NCBI GenBank assembly: GCA_965195285.1
Contig: CBDAFS010000050.1
Location: 1 to 59,722 of the forward strand
DNA: 59,722 nucleotides
Source of the DNA: an uncultured Aminicenantes bacterium
Lineage (GTDB): Bacteria > Acidobacteriota > Aminicenantia > UBA2199
Direction: 5' to 3'
A program made the position numbers and the translations under genes. Each line of letters starts with the position of its first letter. Within the stretch, counting starts at the first letter, position 1. This document shows, in pieces, positions 9,426-19,065 of the stretch. Below the pieces are notes generated by a model. That model did not search any database, was not told the DNA's origin, and saw only the letters and a program-made list of their open reading frames with translations.

Positions 9426-10880
9426 CTATTTTGCTTCTTTCAATTGATTCAGAATTTTTTTCTGCTGCTTGTACTGTTTTTTCTCTCCTTCGGTTTTTTG
9501 GGTATTCAAGATCAGAGCTTTTTTATAACATTTCATGGCCGATTCCTTTTTCCCCGCATTCAGATACGCTTCTCCGAGACTGTCATACACATTCCAGGAT
9601 TCCGGGTACTTTTTTACATTCAACTTGAAAACCGCTATTGCTTCCGGGTATTTTTTCTGATTCATGTACCGGTAACCGAGGCGATTGAAATCCCCTTCAA
9701 GGTAATAGTATTTATTTGATTTTGAACTGCAATGTTTTTTAAATTCAGCCATAGCTTCTTTTAATCCCTTTTTCTCTATCATACCCGACAGGGCATTGCT
9801 TGCAGACTCGGCTCCGGTTATCTCAGACCATATGCCGATAATATTATTGTTGTGAACAAAGCCGACGGTAAAACCCGGTTTTCCATCAAGATTTGGAAAC
9901 CGGGCATTCATTTTGAGATCTTTCAACAATTCTTCAAGTGGTTTGCCTTCCTTGGCTGCCTTTTTGATTTCCTTTTTCAAGGTAATCAGGTAGTTATAGC
10001 GTTCGACGAAACCTTTATAGCTCAGTTCTCCATTCCAGTGTCCGGGGATGTAATATTTGATTTCATCCTTTCTGTCAATGAGGCTTTTCCAGTTTTTTAA
10101 CATGAGTGGCAGGTCCCGTTTAATACCTATTCTGCCACCAAAAGATTGGAGGCAACCGGGGGTATCGGTCAGCCAGGTATCTGCCATCACATCACCGGTA
10201 AACAGCAAGCCTTCTTCAGGCATAAAAATGAAGATATCACTGGCCGAGTGAAGTCCGCCCATATAGTAGAACTCGAGTGTCATATTCCCCATATCCAATT
10301 TCATTCTGTCTTTGAATGTCTGGGTCGGAAGTGTTTGTTTGATTCCGCTTTCCAATGATTTCAGCACCATCTTCCTAACAATGATATCCTCTTTGAGTTT
10401 CTTGTACTCATCGGTTCCCTGCTTGGCCTCGACAAGTTGTTTTTTTTGTTTTGGTATAAATTCTTTAAACCAGTCAATCACACGTTGTTGATCACCCAGA
10501 TTTCTCTTCATGCCTTCGGCGCATTTTTCATGGGCAATTATTTTGCAGTCGGAATATACTGAATTTCCACTGGTGTGATCTCCGTGTTCATGGGTGTTGA
10601 TGAGATACACAAAATCGCTACGGCCAAATTTTTTGGCAATAATTTTTCGAAATTGTTTATCAAGTTCAGGACACTGGGTTGTGTCGATGACAACGATTCC
10701 CTTGTCAGTGTTTAATGCACAGACAGCGGTTGACGAGATATAGTCACCCACCCACAGTCTGATGGCATTGTCACTGAGCTTCTTGACATGCAGGGGCAAG
10801 CCATTGATGGTTTGAGCAACGATACCCACACTTAACAGCACACATAGTGAAACGAAACAAATCTTTTTTTTGAATTTCAT
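9426..10880 (-). CDS. Exported MBL-fold metallo-hydrolase with C-terminal TPR
   Basis: THEHGDHTSGN, LFTGD and IPGH motifs; TPR segment NRLGY...YPESWNVYDSLGEAY. Confidence 0.9.
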   Translation of the reverse strand: MKFKKKICFVSLCVLLSVGIVAQTINGLPLHVKKLSDNAIRLWVGDYISSTAVCALNTDKGIVVIDTTQCPELDKQFRKIIAKKFGRSDFVYLINTHEHGDHTSGNSVYSDCKIIAHEKCAEGMKRNLGDQQRVIDWFKEFIPKQKKQLVEAKQGTDEYKKLKEDIIVRKMVLKSLESGIKQTLPTQTFKDRMKLDMGNMTLEFYYMGGLHSASDIFIFMPEEGLLFTGDVMADTWLTDTPGCLQSFGGRIGIKRDLPLMLKNWKSLIDRKDEIKYYIPGHWNGELSYKGFVERYNYLITLKKEIKKAAKEGKPLEELLKDLKMNARFPNLDGKPGFTVGFVHNNNIIGIWSEITGAESASNALSGMIEKKGLKEAMAEFKKHCSSKSNKYYYLEGDFNRLGYRYMNQKKYPEAIAVFKLNVKKYPESWNVYDSLGEAYLNAGKKESAMKCYKKALILNTQKTEGEKKQYKQQKKILNQLKEAK

Positions 10881-10915
10881 AAAAATCCTCCTATAAATTT
10901 AATTTTATTTCATTT

Positions 10916-11038
10916 TTAATTTGCGGTTTCTCCAATCAGGTCAATATTCCCATCTACAGATCTCTGAAAAACTTCAACGGATTCAGCTACGAATAACAAT
11001 ATCAGCAAAACCAGTATCATTAAAATAATTTTCTTCAT
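10916..11038 (-). CDS. Small hydrophobic/secreted peptide (40 aa), below ORF-track cut-off
   Basis: MKKIILMILVLLILLFVAESVEVFQRSVDGNIDLIGETAN*; ATGA overlap with the permease stop, G-rich RBS. Confidence 0.5.
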   Translation of the reverse strand: MKKIILMILVLLILLFVAESVEVFQRSVDGNIDLIGETAN

Positions 11039-12699
11039 TTTTCACCCCCCTTATCGGTCTGAAAACGAAAGACCTCATGTTGTTTCTTGTTATAAACCAC
11101 GATTCCTGAAGAAAAAACCCTGATTATTTTCAATCCCTCTACCTGGGTATACCACACATTCTCAACTCGCAGATGGTTGTTTTTCCATGTCGAAACCGAT
11201 ATCTCCGGACCTTGTGTCCAAATCAACCGCAGATCGTTCTCATCCGTAAGAAAATAGAAATACGGTAGCTTTTTAATACGGATACTTTCCCGGGTCTGTT
11301 CCTGTAAATCAAATACATAAAAACCATCTTCAATTTTAATGATTACCTTTTTTTGTATATAATTTTCGTATTTCCGTCGAACCTTTTTTATATTACCATG
11401 TCTCCTGAAAATCTCTTTTATTTCTGTTCCGGTTTCGTATAAGATCATATCCCGGTCTGTAAATCGTAACAACCTGTTGTTCCAGAAAGCAACGGATTTG
11501 GCTGCAAAAAGCTTCTCCACTTGGCCATTATCCAGTATCCTGAAGACGCTGCTACCGGTCGAATGGTTTTTTGGATCAAAGGTCAGCACAAAAAATTGTC
11601 GGGGATTATCGCCTGCCCCGCAAATCATATGAAATATTTCTCCTTCGAAATTCCCATTTACAGGTATGATCCTGGATTCATCACCGTTGATTTCGAGAAT
11701 CTGATATTCTTTATGACCCTCCTTGGTCAATAAAAAAAAGATACGTTCCCCTATCTTGGCCCGGGTATCCATGAAATTATGAAACCAGTACCTTGGAGGG
11801 ATGGAAAATTTTTGTTCGATTTCACCGGACAATACATTCATTCTGACCAGCTGTCTTGATTTTTTCTTGCCCTTCCACAAACTGGCATAAAGCTTTTGTT
11901 TACTTTCGTATAAGGGGGATAATGAATAGGGGATAATCTTATTGTCCTGGCCTTCACTCATGATAACCGTTTTGCTGCGGGAAACCCTGATCAGGTCTCC
12001 CCCATCGGTCAGATAACAATGCCACCACTTCACATGGGTGATGACATAGGTGATCCCGAAAATCAATATAACCAACAAAACCAGGCCGGGGATGAACTTC
12101 TTATTAAAATAAGAAATGGGCTTAATGTCATATTTATTAAACATTATGGTAAACAGCAACAGCACTGCCAGATAGGAAAATCCTGTTTGAAGGGAGGCAT
12201 TCAAATCATTTTTGCTGACATCCAGTAACCTAACAAAGTGAAAAAGTCCGAGGGAGAGAAACAGGGTGATAAAAAAAGTACTCAAAAAACTCTTGATGCT
12301 GAGTGAAAACGAAGCAGAGAGTAAAAATACGGTGATATAAATGGGTATAAACCGTTGAGTGGAAAACAGAAAATAGATGCCAAACTGTTGGTAGACCAGA
12401 TGATATACAATGAGCATAACCGCAACCGGTAATGATCGAATAATTAACTTTGTCAAAAACAACTTTATTCTGGAAACAGGCAACGATAAAAGGTATTCCA
12501 TGGTCCCTTCCTGCCGTTCCCGTTCAAACATTGACCAACCGGTAAAAGAGGCATACAGGACCAGAAAAATTTCCAGCGCCGGCGCCAGATATACATCTTT
12601 GTCGGTCAGCAGCAGGGCCAGGATAAGCAGCATCAGAATGATTACAATAATGATTCCGTCTTCCAGGACTTTTTTGAGTTCAATGAGACCCATATTCAC
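11035..12699 (-). CDS. ABC-2 type permease with large C-terminal extracytoplasmic domain
   Basis: FERERQEGTMEYLLSLPVSR motif, multiple TM helices; overlaps the ATPase gene. Confidence 0.8.
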   Translation of the reverse strand: MNMGLIELKKVLEDGIIIVIILMLLILALLLTDKDVYLAPALEIFLVLYASFTGWSMFERERQEGTMEYLLSLPVSRIKLFLTKLIIRSLPVAVMLIVYHLVYQQFGIYFLFSTQRFIPIYITVFLLSASFSLSIKSFLSTFFITLFLSLGLFHFVRLLDVSKNDLNASLQTGFSYLAVLLLFTIMFNKYDIKPISYFNKKFIPGLVLLVILIFGITYVITHVKWWHCYLTDGGDLIRVSRSKTVIMSEGQDNKIIPYSLSPLYESKQKLYASLWKGKKKSRQLVRMNVLSGEIEQKFSIPPRYWFHNFMDTRAKIGERIFFLLTKEGHKEYQILEINGDESRIIPVNGNFEGEIFHMICGAGDNPRQFFVLTFDPKNHSTGSSVFRILDNGQVEKLFAAKSVAFWNNRLLRFTDRDMILYETGTEIKEIFRRHGNIKKVRRKYENYIQKKVIIKIEDGFYVFDLQEQTRESIRIKKLPYFYFLTDENDLRLIWTQGPEISVSTWKNNHLRVENVWYTQVEGLKIIRVFSSGIVVYNKKQHEVFRFQTDKGGEK

Positions 12700-13501
12700 C
12701 TCCGATGAAAGCCCTTAAAATTTCCGACAATCTGAGATGATGAATCTTTTCCCGGGAATTGAGTTCGGGTTCATAGGGATAGAGATACAGCTCATTAACA
12801 CCCTGCCAGGGTCTGCAGAATACAACCGGCAGGTGATCCGGTACTGTTTCGGAGTATATTTTGACAAATTTCTTTTTTAATGCTTCAACTTTCTCATCCA
12901 CCACCACCTTTCCCTTATCCATGATAATGATTCTTTCGAATATTCCTTCTATATCAAATGATGATTGAGCGGCAACAATAACCGAAAGCTGGTTTTCCTC
13001 AATGAGCTGAAGAATGGATTTCAGAAAAAATTCTCTTAAATGGGGGTCTAAAAAATGAATCACGTCATCGATCATCAGATATTCCGGATTGCTGGCAAGA
13101 GCCAGGGCCAGAAAGAGAAGGGTCCTCTCACCTTTTGAAAGAGAGCCGACTCTACGGGATCGGCCAACTGAAAAACCGGCCAGATCCTTATAGGTGAAGT
13201 TCGGATAAAATGAACCATGCAGGGCAATGGCGTCCTTTATCTTCAATCCGTCATAAAAACCAATGGAAGCAGGAATATAGGCTGTTTTTCTTCGGGTGAC
13301 TGACCCTACCCTGTTTTGATCAATCCGGACACTGCCTTTATTGGGGATCAATACACCGGAAATGGATCTTAGAAGAGTGGTTTTTCCAGAACCATTGGCA
13401 CCGGCCAGAAAAACACTCTCTCCCCTTTCGATGGTCAGGTTCAGATCATCGATTGCTTGCTTTTTTCCATACTGAACACTTAAACCGGATATATGAATCA
13501 T
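12680..13501 (-). CDS. ABC transporter ATP-binding protein
   Basis: Walker A GANGSGKTT, signature LSKGE, Walker B variant LMIDD. Confidence 0.9.
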   Translation of the reverse strand: MIHISGLSVQYGKKQAIDDLNLTIERGESVFLAGANGSGKTTLLRSISGVLIPNKGSVRIDQNRVGSVTRRKTAYIPASIGFYDGLKIKDAIALHGSFYPNFTYKDLAGFSVGRSRRVGSLSKGERTLLFLALALASNPEYLMIDDVIHFLDPHLREFFLKSILQLIEENQLSVIVAAQSSFDIEGIFERIIIMDKGKVVVDEKVEALKKKFVKIYSETVPDHLPVVFCRPWQGVNELYLYPYEPELNSREKIHHLRLSEILRAFIGGEYGSH

Positions 13502-13502
13502 C

Positions 13503-13682
13503 TTAACTCCCTATGAATATCCAAATCCAATCCATGATATTGAATGGATTTAATTTGGTTTCAACTGCCTTTTCTATCAAATTTAATACAAATGAATTGG
13601 TGGTCACAATACAAATGATCACACCGATTATCAGACAATAACCGATCAGCGCATGCGAAGAAAAATTCATTGGTTTTCTCAT
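13503..13682 (-). CDS. Small membrane protein (59 aa), below ORF-track cut-off
   Basis: MRKPMNFSSHALIGYCLIIGVIICIVTTNSFVLNLIEKAVETKLNPFNIMDWIWIFIGS*; fills the gap between GntR and the ATPase almost exactly. Confidence 0.65.
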   Translation of the reverse strand: MRKPMNFSSHALIGYCLIIGVIICIVTTNSFVLNLIEKAVETKLNPFNIMDWIWIFIGS

Positions 13683-13684
13683 GG

Positions 13685-14068
13685 TTATTCTTTAAAAAAA
13701 TCCGCAATTAAATTTTTCAAATGATCCTGGGAAAAACCCATTTCGATTGCCCTTTCCATGAATTTCAACAATTCATCCTCGAGTAGTTTAACCTTTTCCT
13801 GGTCCATAGACTCCGTTTTCAATACCCAGAAGCCTTTTCCGGCCCGACCGTCTATAATTCCCTCCTGTTGCAGTTCCCGGTAGGCCCTGGCAACGGTATT
13901 TGGATTGACTTTTAAAAATGAGGCCATTTCCCTGATGGATGGCAAGCCCTCATTTTCCAAAAGGGATTTTTTGGCTATGGAGTGCTTTATTTTCCGTGTT
14001 ATTTGCTCATATACCGGTACTGGCGATGCGAAATCAATTTCAATTTCTGTCAGTATCATTTTACTCAC
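13685..14068 (-). CDS. GntR-family regulator, YtrA subfamily
   Basis: PVYEQI, LPSIREMA, VNPNTVARAYRELQQEG; short C-terminus; heads an ABC operon. ATG 14059 is an alternative start. Confidence 0.92.
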   Translation of the reverse strand: MSKMILTEIEIDFASPVPVYEQITRKIKHSIAKKSLLENEGLPSIREMASFLKVNPNTVARAYRELQQEGIIDGRAGKGFWVLKTESMDQEKVKLLEDELLKFMERAIEMGFSQDHLKNLIADFFKE

Positions 14069-14092
14069 TGTATCAATATATTAATACAGTGA
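14065..14092. promoter_or_regulatory. Putative YtrA/GntR operator
   Basis: 28-bp near-perfect palindrome tcactgtatcaatatattaatacagtga at the regulator start. Confidence 0.75.
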
Positions 14093-14169
14093 TACGGTTT
14101 TGTCAACTGTTTGGTTTATTTTTTTGACATTTTTTTTTATTTTTTTTATGATGATATTTAATTTTAAAA

Positions 14170-15435
14170 ATGAAATTCATTGCCGATCTTCACATTCATT
14201 CCCATTATTCGCGTGCTACCAGTAAGAATTTGATTCCCGAATTCCTGGATTACTGGGCCAGAATAAAAGGGCTAACTGTGATCGGAAGTGGTGACTTTAC
14301 CCATCCCAAATGGTTAAAAGAATTAAAAGATAAAACCGAGCCCGCCGAGCCGGGATTATTTAAATTAAAGAGTATTTTTTCGAAACCATCAAATCACCAT
14401 ATCACCCGGGCATCAAACCGGGAAGTCAGATTTGTTCTGACCTCAGAAATAAGCACTATTTACAAAAAAGGAGATAAAGTCAGGAAAATTCACCATCTCA
14501 TCTTTGCACCGGATTTTGAAACCGTAGAGTCCATTCAGACGAAATTAATCAAAATCGGAGCCAATATCACTTCAGATGGACGCCCCATTATTGGGATCGA
14601 TTCCCGGGATCTAATGGATCTGACCCTGAATGTCTCTGAAAAAACATTCTTTGTCCCTGCTCACATATGGACGCCATGGTTCTCGGTATTGGGGTCCAAA
14701 TCCGGATTCGATTCGATTAGCGAATGTTATGAAGATCTGGCCGGTCATATATACGCTGTGGAAACCGGCCTCTCATCTGATCCTCCCATGAATTGGATGT
14801 GTGGTTTTTTAGATCCCTACACCCTGATTTCCAACTCAGATGCCCACTCTCCCGAAAAATTAGGACGCGAGGCCAATCTGTTTGATACCGATCTGAGCTA
14901 CGATTCCATTATCAATGCCCTCAAATCCAAAAACAGGCAGGAATTTCTGGGTACCATTGAATTTTTCCCCCAGGAGGGCAAATACCATTATGACGGCCAT
15001 ATAAAATGCGGTATATGCTGGAATCCAAGCCAGACCAGAAAAAATAACGGTATATGCCCCGTATGCGGAAAACCGATCACAGTTGGGGTAATGAATCGCG
15101 TATTACAGCTGGCGGACCGGGACATGGTCACCGTGAAAAAAAACAGACCTCAATTTTATTCACTGATACCTTTAAAAGAAATTTTATCTGAAATTACCGG
15201 GGTTGGGGCACAATCAAAGAAGGTTGCTCACCTATATAATTCTTTGATCAAAAAAGTTGGATCAGAATTTGATATATTATTAAATCTTCCCATTGATGAA
15301 TTAAAAAACCTCAGCGATGAACGACTTGGCGAAGCCATTGATCGCATGCGCAAAGGAAAAATTTTCATTGAAGAGGGATATGACGGTCAATACGGTCGAA
15401 TAACCGTATTCAAAAAAAATGAATTGAATAGATAA
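14170..15435 (+). CDS. Endonuclease Q family protein (PHP domain plus Zn ribbon)
   Basis: ADLHIHSHYSRATSK, PAHIWTPWFS, NSDAHS, GKYHYDGH, CPVCGK and GYDGQYG. Confidence 0.88.
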   Translation: MKFIADLHIHSHYSRATSKNLIPEFLDYWARIKGLTVIGSGDFTHPKWLKELKDKTEPAEPGLFKLKSIFSKPSNHHITRASNREVRFVLTSEISTIYKKGDKVRKIHHLIFAPDFETVESIQTKLIKIGANITSDGRPIIGIDSRDLMDLTLNVSEKTFFVPAHIWTPWFSVLGSKSGFDSISECYEDLAGHIYAVETGLSSDPPMNWMCGFLDPYTLISNSDAHSPEKLGREANLFDTDLSYDSIINALKSKNRQEFLGTIEFFPQEGKYHYDGHIKCGICWNPSQTRKNNGICPVCGKPITVGVMNRVLQLADRDMVTVKKNRPQFYSLIPLKEILSEITGVGAQSKKVAHLYNSLIKKVGSEFDILLNLPIDELKNLSDERLGEAIDRMRKGKIFIEEGYDGQYGRITVFKKNELNR

Positions 15436-15464
15436 TACCCCGGTATCTCGGTTCTGATGATTGA

Positions 15465-16658
15465 CTACAGAATTTTTTTTATGACTTCGGCCAGCTGTTT
15501 GATTCCGGCTTGGATTTGCTCGATCGATGAGAAGGAATAATTGAGCCTCATGGTATTCTTCCCGGAATTGTCACAGTGAAAGGGATTCCCGATTACATAA
15601 GCTACATTGTGCTCGATGGCAGTCATGAAAATTTCCTTGGTATCGATGGTTTCGGGTAGTTCTACCCATAAAAACATCCCACCCGTTGGCTTTGACCAGG
15701 ACACCCCGCTAGGCATATAGTCCTCCAAGGCCTTCAACATGGCATCGGATTTCGGCTTATAACAGCGAATGGCATTTTCAATGGTCTGTTTCATTTTTCC
15801 CATTTTAATGAATTCAGCCAGAATCAATTGGTTGAAAGAAGGCGTACACAGGTCAACCGATTGTTTTAACATCACCATCTTTTCTATGGTATCAGGCTCA
15901 CCGACCAGCCATCCCATTCTCATACCCGGGAAAAGAACCTTGGAAAACGTCTTCAACATGATCACCCCTTTCCGTCCGGAAAGCATCCAGAGGCTGGGTA
16001 AAATTTCCGTAGTAAAACTCAATTCCCGGTAAGGAGAATCTTCAACAATCGGGATATCCTCTTCCCGGGCTATTTGCAGGAGTTCTTTTCTTTTTTCCAG
16101 AGTCATGGTAATGCCCGAGGGATTTTGAAAATCGGGTATAACATAAATGAAACGAGGTTTTTTTCCATCCTTTTTTAAATCATCCAGGGTTTTCCTCAAA
16201 ACAACCAGATCCATTCCGTCTTCATTCATGGGAACACCCCTCATATCTGCACCGCAACGCTTGAAGACCTGAATGGCGCCCAGATAGGAAGGTAGTTCCA
16301 TCACCACAGGTGAGTTTTCATCCAGAAATAAAATTGAAAGCATGTCCAATCCCTGCTGGGATGAAGATGTCACACAGACTTCATCCAGGGAAGCCTTGTC
16401 ACCAAATTCAGACATGTGTTCCACCAGGGCTTCCAGCATCACATCCTCTCCCTGGGTGGGACCGTATTGAAGCGCCATATATCCTTTCTGGTTAAGTACT
16501 TTTGCAGTTATATCGGTAATTTCCCTCAAGGGGAACAGCTCCGGATCGGGCAACCCTCCTCCAAAAGAAATCACACCCGGTTTCCGGCTCCATTTCAATA
16601 TCTCTCTGATCTCTGATCGAACGATACGTTTTGAAACATCCGAAAATATATAAGACAT
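15465..16658 (-). CDS. PLP-dependent aminotransferase class I/II (LysN/ARO8-like)
   Basis: ISFGGGLPDP, FQNPSG, EDSPY and TFSKVLFPGMRMGW. Start reassigned to ATG 16658 after AGGAGG. Confidence 0.92.
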   Translation of the reverse strand: MSYIFSDVSKRIVRSEIREILKWSRKPGVISFGGGLPDPELFPLREITDITAKVLNQKGYMALQYGPTQGEDVMLEALVEHMSEFGDKASLDEVCVTSSSQQGLDMLSILFLDENSPVVMELPSYLGAIQVFKRCGADMRGVPMNEDGMDLVVLRKTLDDLKKDGKKPRFIYVIPDFQNPSGITMTLEKRKELLQIAREEDIPIVEDSPYRELSFTTEILPSLWMLSGRKGVIMLKTFSKVLFPGMRMGWLVGEPDTIEKMVMLKQSVDLCTPSFNQLILAEFIKMGKMKQTIENAIRCYKPKSDAMLKALEDYMPSGVSWSKPTGGMFLWVELPETIDTKEIFMTAIEHNVAYVIGNPFHCDNSGKNTMRLNYSFSSIEQIQAGIKQLAEVIKKIL

Positions 16659-16888
16659 TATTGATCCTCCTTTTATCAGCAATAGTGGCGTTTAATTGAA
16701 TAATAAAAATGATCTGACACAGTGTTTAAATGTCCAATGAATTTTTTGTTAAAATTCTCTTGATTTATATTTTACGAATCCGAGCCCGGAATGTCAATGT
16801 CCAATTTCAGGAAAAACCCTTCTGAATTTACAATACAAACCCATTGAATAAATCCCCTTTTCCTGCTATATTTAACCACCGGAGGATA

Positions 16889-17770
16889 ATGATGCCTTAT
16901 GGATGTACATCCGAAGTTGGAGACATCAAATCACTATTGCTCAAACACCCCCGGACTGCATTTGTTGATCAACCAACCGTTAACAGGCAGTGGCAATCAT
17001 TGAATTATCTGGATCTCCCTGATTACCAAGAAGCCTGCCAGGAATATGACCATTTCCATTCCCTGCTCATGACCCATGTTCCCTCCATTAAATTTCTCCC
17101 TTTTAATCCGGATACCGGTCTGGATTCCGTCTACATCCGTGATCCGCTGATTATCACCGAAAGAGGCGCAATTTTAGGCAACATGGGCAAGGAACAGAGG
17201 AAAACCGAACCCGGGGCAGTGAATAAACTATTAGAAGAGCAGAATATCCCCATACTGGGTTCCATAACCGGAAACGGCACCATAGAAGCGGGTGATGTCA
17301 TACTGTTCGATGAAAACACCATTGCCATTGGCCATAGTTACCGGTCCAACCAGGAGGGTATTCAACAGTTTCAAACCATGACCAGAGAATTTATAAGAGA
17401 TATCATGGTGGTTCCCCTGCCCCACTGGAACGGCCCGAATGATATCCTTCACCTGATGTCCATCATCAGTCCGATCGATCATGACCTGGCCGTTGTATAT
17501 TCAAAACTAATGCCCGTATCCTTTCGGGAGTGGTTGATCAACCGCGGAATCAAACTGATTGAGGTTCCCGATTCTGAATTTACTTCCATGGCCTGCAATA
17601 TATTGGCAGTGGCACCCCGAAAATGTATCATGATTTCGGGAAATCCCCATACTCGAAAATTGCTGGAAACCGAAGGAGTGGAAATCGAAGAATTCCGCGG
17701 GGAAGAACTGTGTAAAAAAGGCGGGGGCGGTCCCACCTGTCTGACACGGCCCCTTTTCCGAACCGGTTGA
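16889..17770 (+). CDS. Amidinotransferase / dimethylargininase (DDAH)-family protein
   Basis: DSVYIRDP, EAGD, LHLMS and GGGGPTCLTRP; start placed after GGAGG. Confidence 0.88.
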   Translation: MMPYGCTSEVGDIKSLLLKHPRTAFVDQPTVNRQWQSLNYLDLPDYQEACQEYDHFHSLLMTHVPSIKFLPFNPDTGLDSVYIRDPLIITERGAILGNMGKEQRKTEPGAVNKLLEEQNIPILGSITGNGTIEAGDVILFDENTIAIGHSYRSNQEGIQQFQTMTREFIRDIMVVPLPHWNGPNDILHLMSIISPIDHDLAVVYSKLMPVSFREWLINRGIKLIEVPDSEFTSMACNILAVAPRKCIMISGNPHTRKLLETEGVEIEEFRGEELCKKGGGGPTCLTRPLFRTG

Positions 17771-17831
17771 TCAAACAATTTATTAGCGGTAAATCTCACT
17801 GATTTGACAATTTCCTTCATAAATAATATAA

Positions 17832-18233
17832 ATGAATCAGAGAGAAATGGAAAATAAAATAATTAATGGATTTGATGATTTATCCTTCTATGAAAAGTTA
17901 AAAAAAATCGAAGCCAATCTGACGGAAATTAATTTACTGATAGACAGTCTGGAAATTGAAAAAAATCGTAATAGGGATTCTCTATTCCTGATAAAACGTT
18001 TTATTGATATCAAGAAATTGAAGAAAGTAGAATCCAGAATACAGCGATTTCTACGATTCCCGCTTCGGGATCCAAGACCCGGAAGACCGGTGGAATACCC
18101 CGAAAGCGAACAAGAAAAAAAAAGATATGAACAGTATCGACAGGATGGTTTCAGTATACGTCAGATAGCCAAAATCGAAAAGATAAGTGCTGATACCGTT
18201 TTTAGAAAGTTAAAAAAATATCAAATTCAATAA
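17832..18233 (+). CDS. Protein with C-terminal resolvase/Hin-type HTH
   Basis: PGRP arm followed by GFSIRQIAKIEKISADTVFRKL; N-terminal coiled coil. Confidence 0.7.
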   Translation: MNQREMENKIINGFDDLSFYEKLKKIEANLTEINLLIDSLEIEKNRNRDSLFLIKRFIDIKKLKKVESRIQRFLRFPLRDPRPGRPVEYPESEQEKKRYEQYRQDGFSIRQIAKIEKISADTVFRKLKKYQIQ

Positions 18234-18304
18234 GTTATAAAGGGAGTAGTACCTGCTGATTATCTTATGAATATCGATCGGAAAATTCTATAAATATTGA
18301 TAAC

Positions 18305-19039
18305 ATGAAAGAAAAATTGATCATTGCCCACCGGGGGGCAACGGATCTGGCAACCGAAAATACGATCGAAGCATTTTCCAAAGCCATGGAATCCGGTGCC
18401 GATATGATCGAACTGGATATCCGAATGACCCGGGATCAAAAACCGGTTGTTTTTCATGATGAGCAGATTGTCGGTCACCCCATTCATGATCTTGAATTCA
18501 ATGAGGTTTATGAACTGGGTCTTGGTCAGGGAATCAAAATCCCAACCCTGGAGGATGTACTTCAATTCACCAGTGGTAAAATCAAACTTGATATTGAATT
18601 GAAGGTCAGGGGACACGAGAAGGAGATTGCTTCCAGGACTCTCAACTATTTCGCAACTGATCAATGCATCTTCTCATCATTCAATATTGACTCACTTAAT
18701 ACTTTAAAAAAATTCAATCATCGAATTCAAGTGGGCCTCATTATGGGAAAAGAAAGACCAAAGAGACCCATCTCAACCCGGTTGGGTGAAATATTTCCCT
18801 TCAACCATCAAATAATTGCAAAAGTGGATTATGTGATCCCTCACTGGAAACTGCTCAAGTTCGGTTTCTTAAAGCGATCACGACGGCATGATATAAAAGT
18901 ATGGGTCTGGACAGTCAATGACCGGACTAAAATTTTGAAATATCTCCGGGATCCCCGCATAACCGGGATTATTACCGATAAGCCGGATCTGGTGTTTTCA
19001 CTCCAGCAAAATATTGGCATGTTGCACGATTCTTTTTAA
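18305..19039 (+). CDS. Glycerophosphodiester phosphodiesterase
   Basis: IAHRGA, ENT, ELDI, HD, WTVND and GIITDKPD. Confidence 0.93.
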   Translation: MKEKLIIAHRGATDLATENTIEAFSKAMESGADMIELDIRMTRDQKPVVFHDEQIVGHPIHDLEFNEVYELGLGQGIKIPTLEDVLQFTSGKIKLDIELKVRGHEKEIASRTLNYFATDQCIFSSFNIDSLNTLKKFNHRIQVGLIMGKERPKRPISTRLGEIFPFNHQIIAKVDYVIPHWKLLKFGFLKRSRRHDIKVWVWTVNDRTKILKYLRDPRITGIITDKPDLVFSLQQNIGMLHDSF

Positions 19040-19065
19040 TTGTTTATAATTAAACATTCAAAAAA

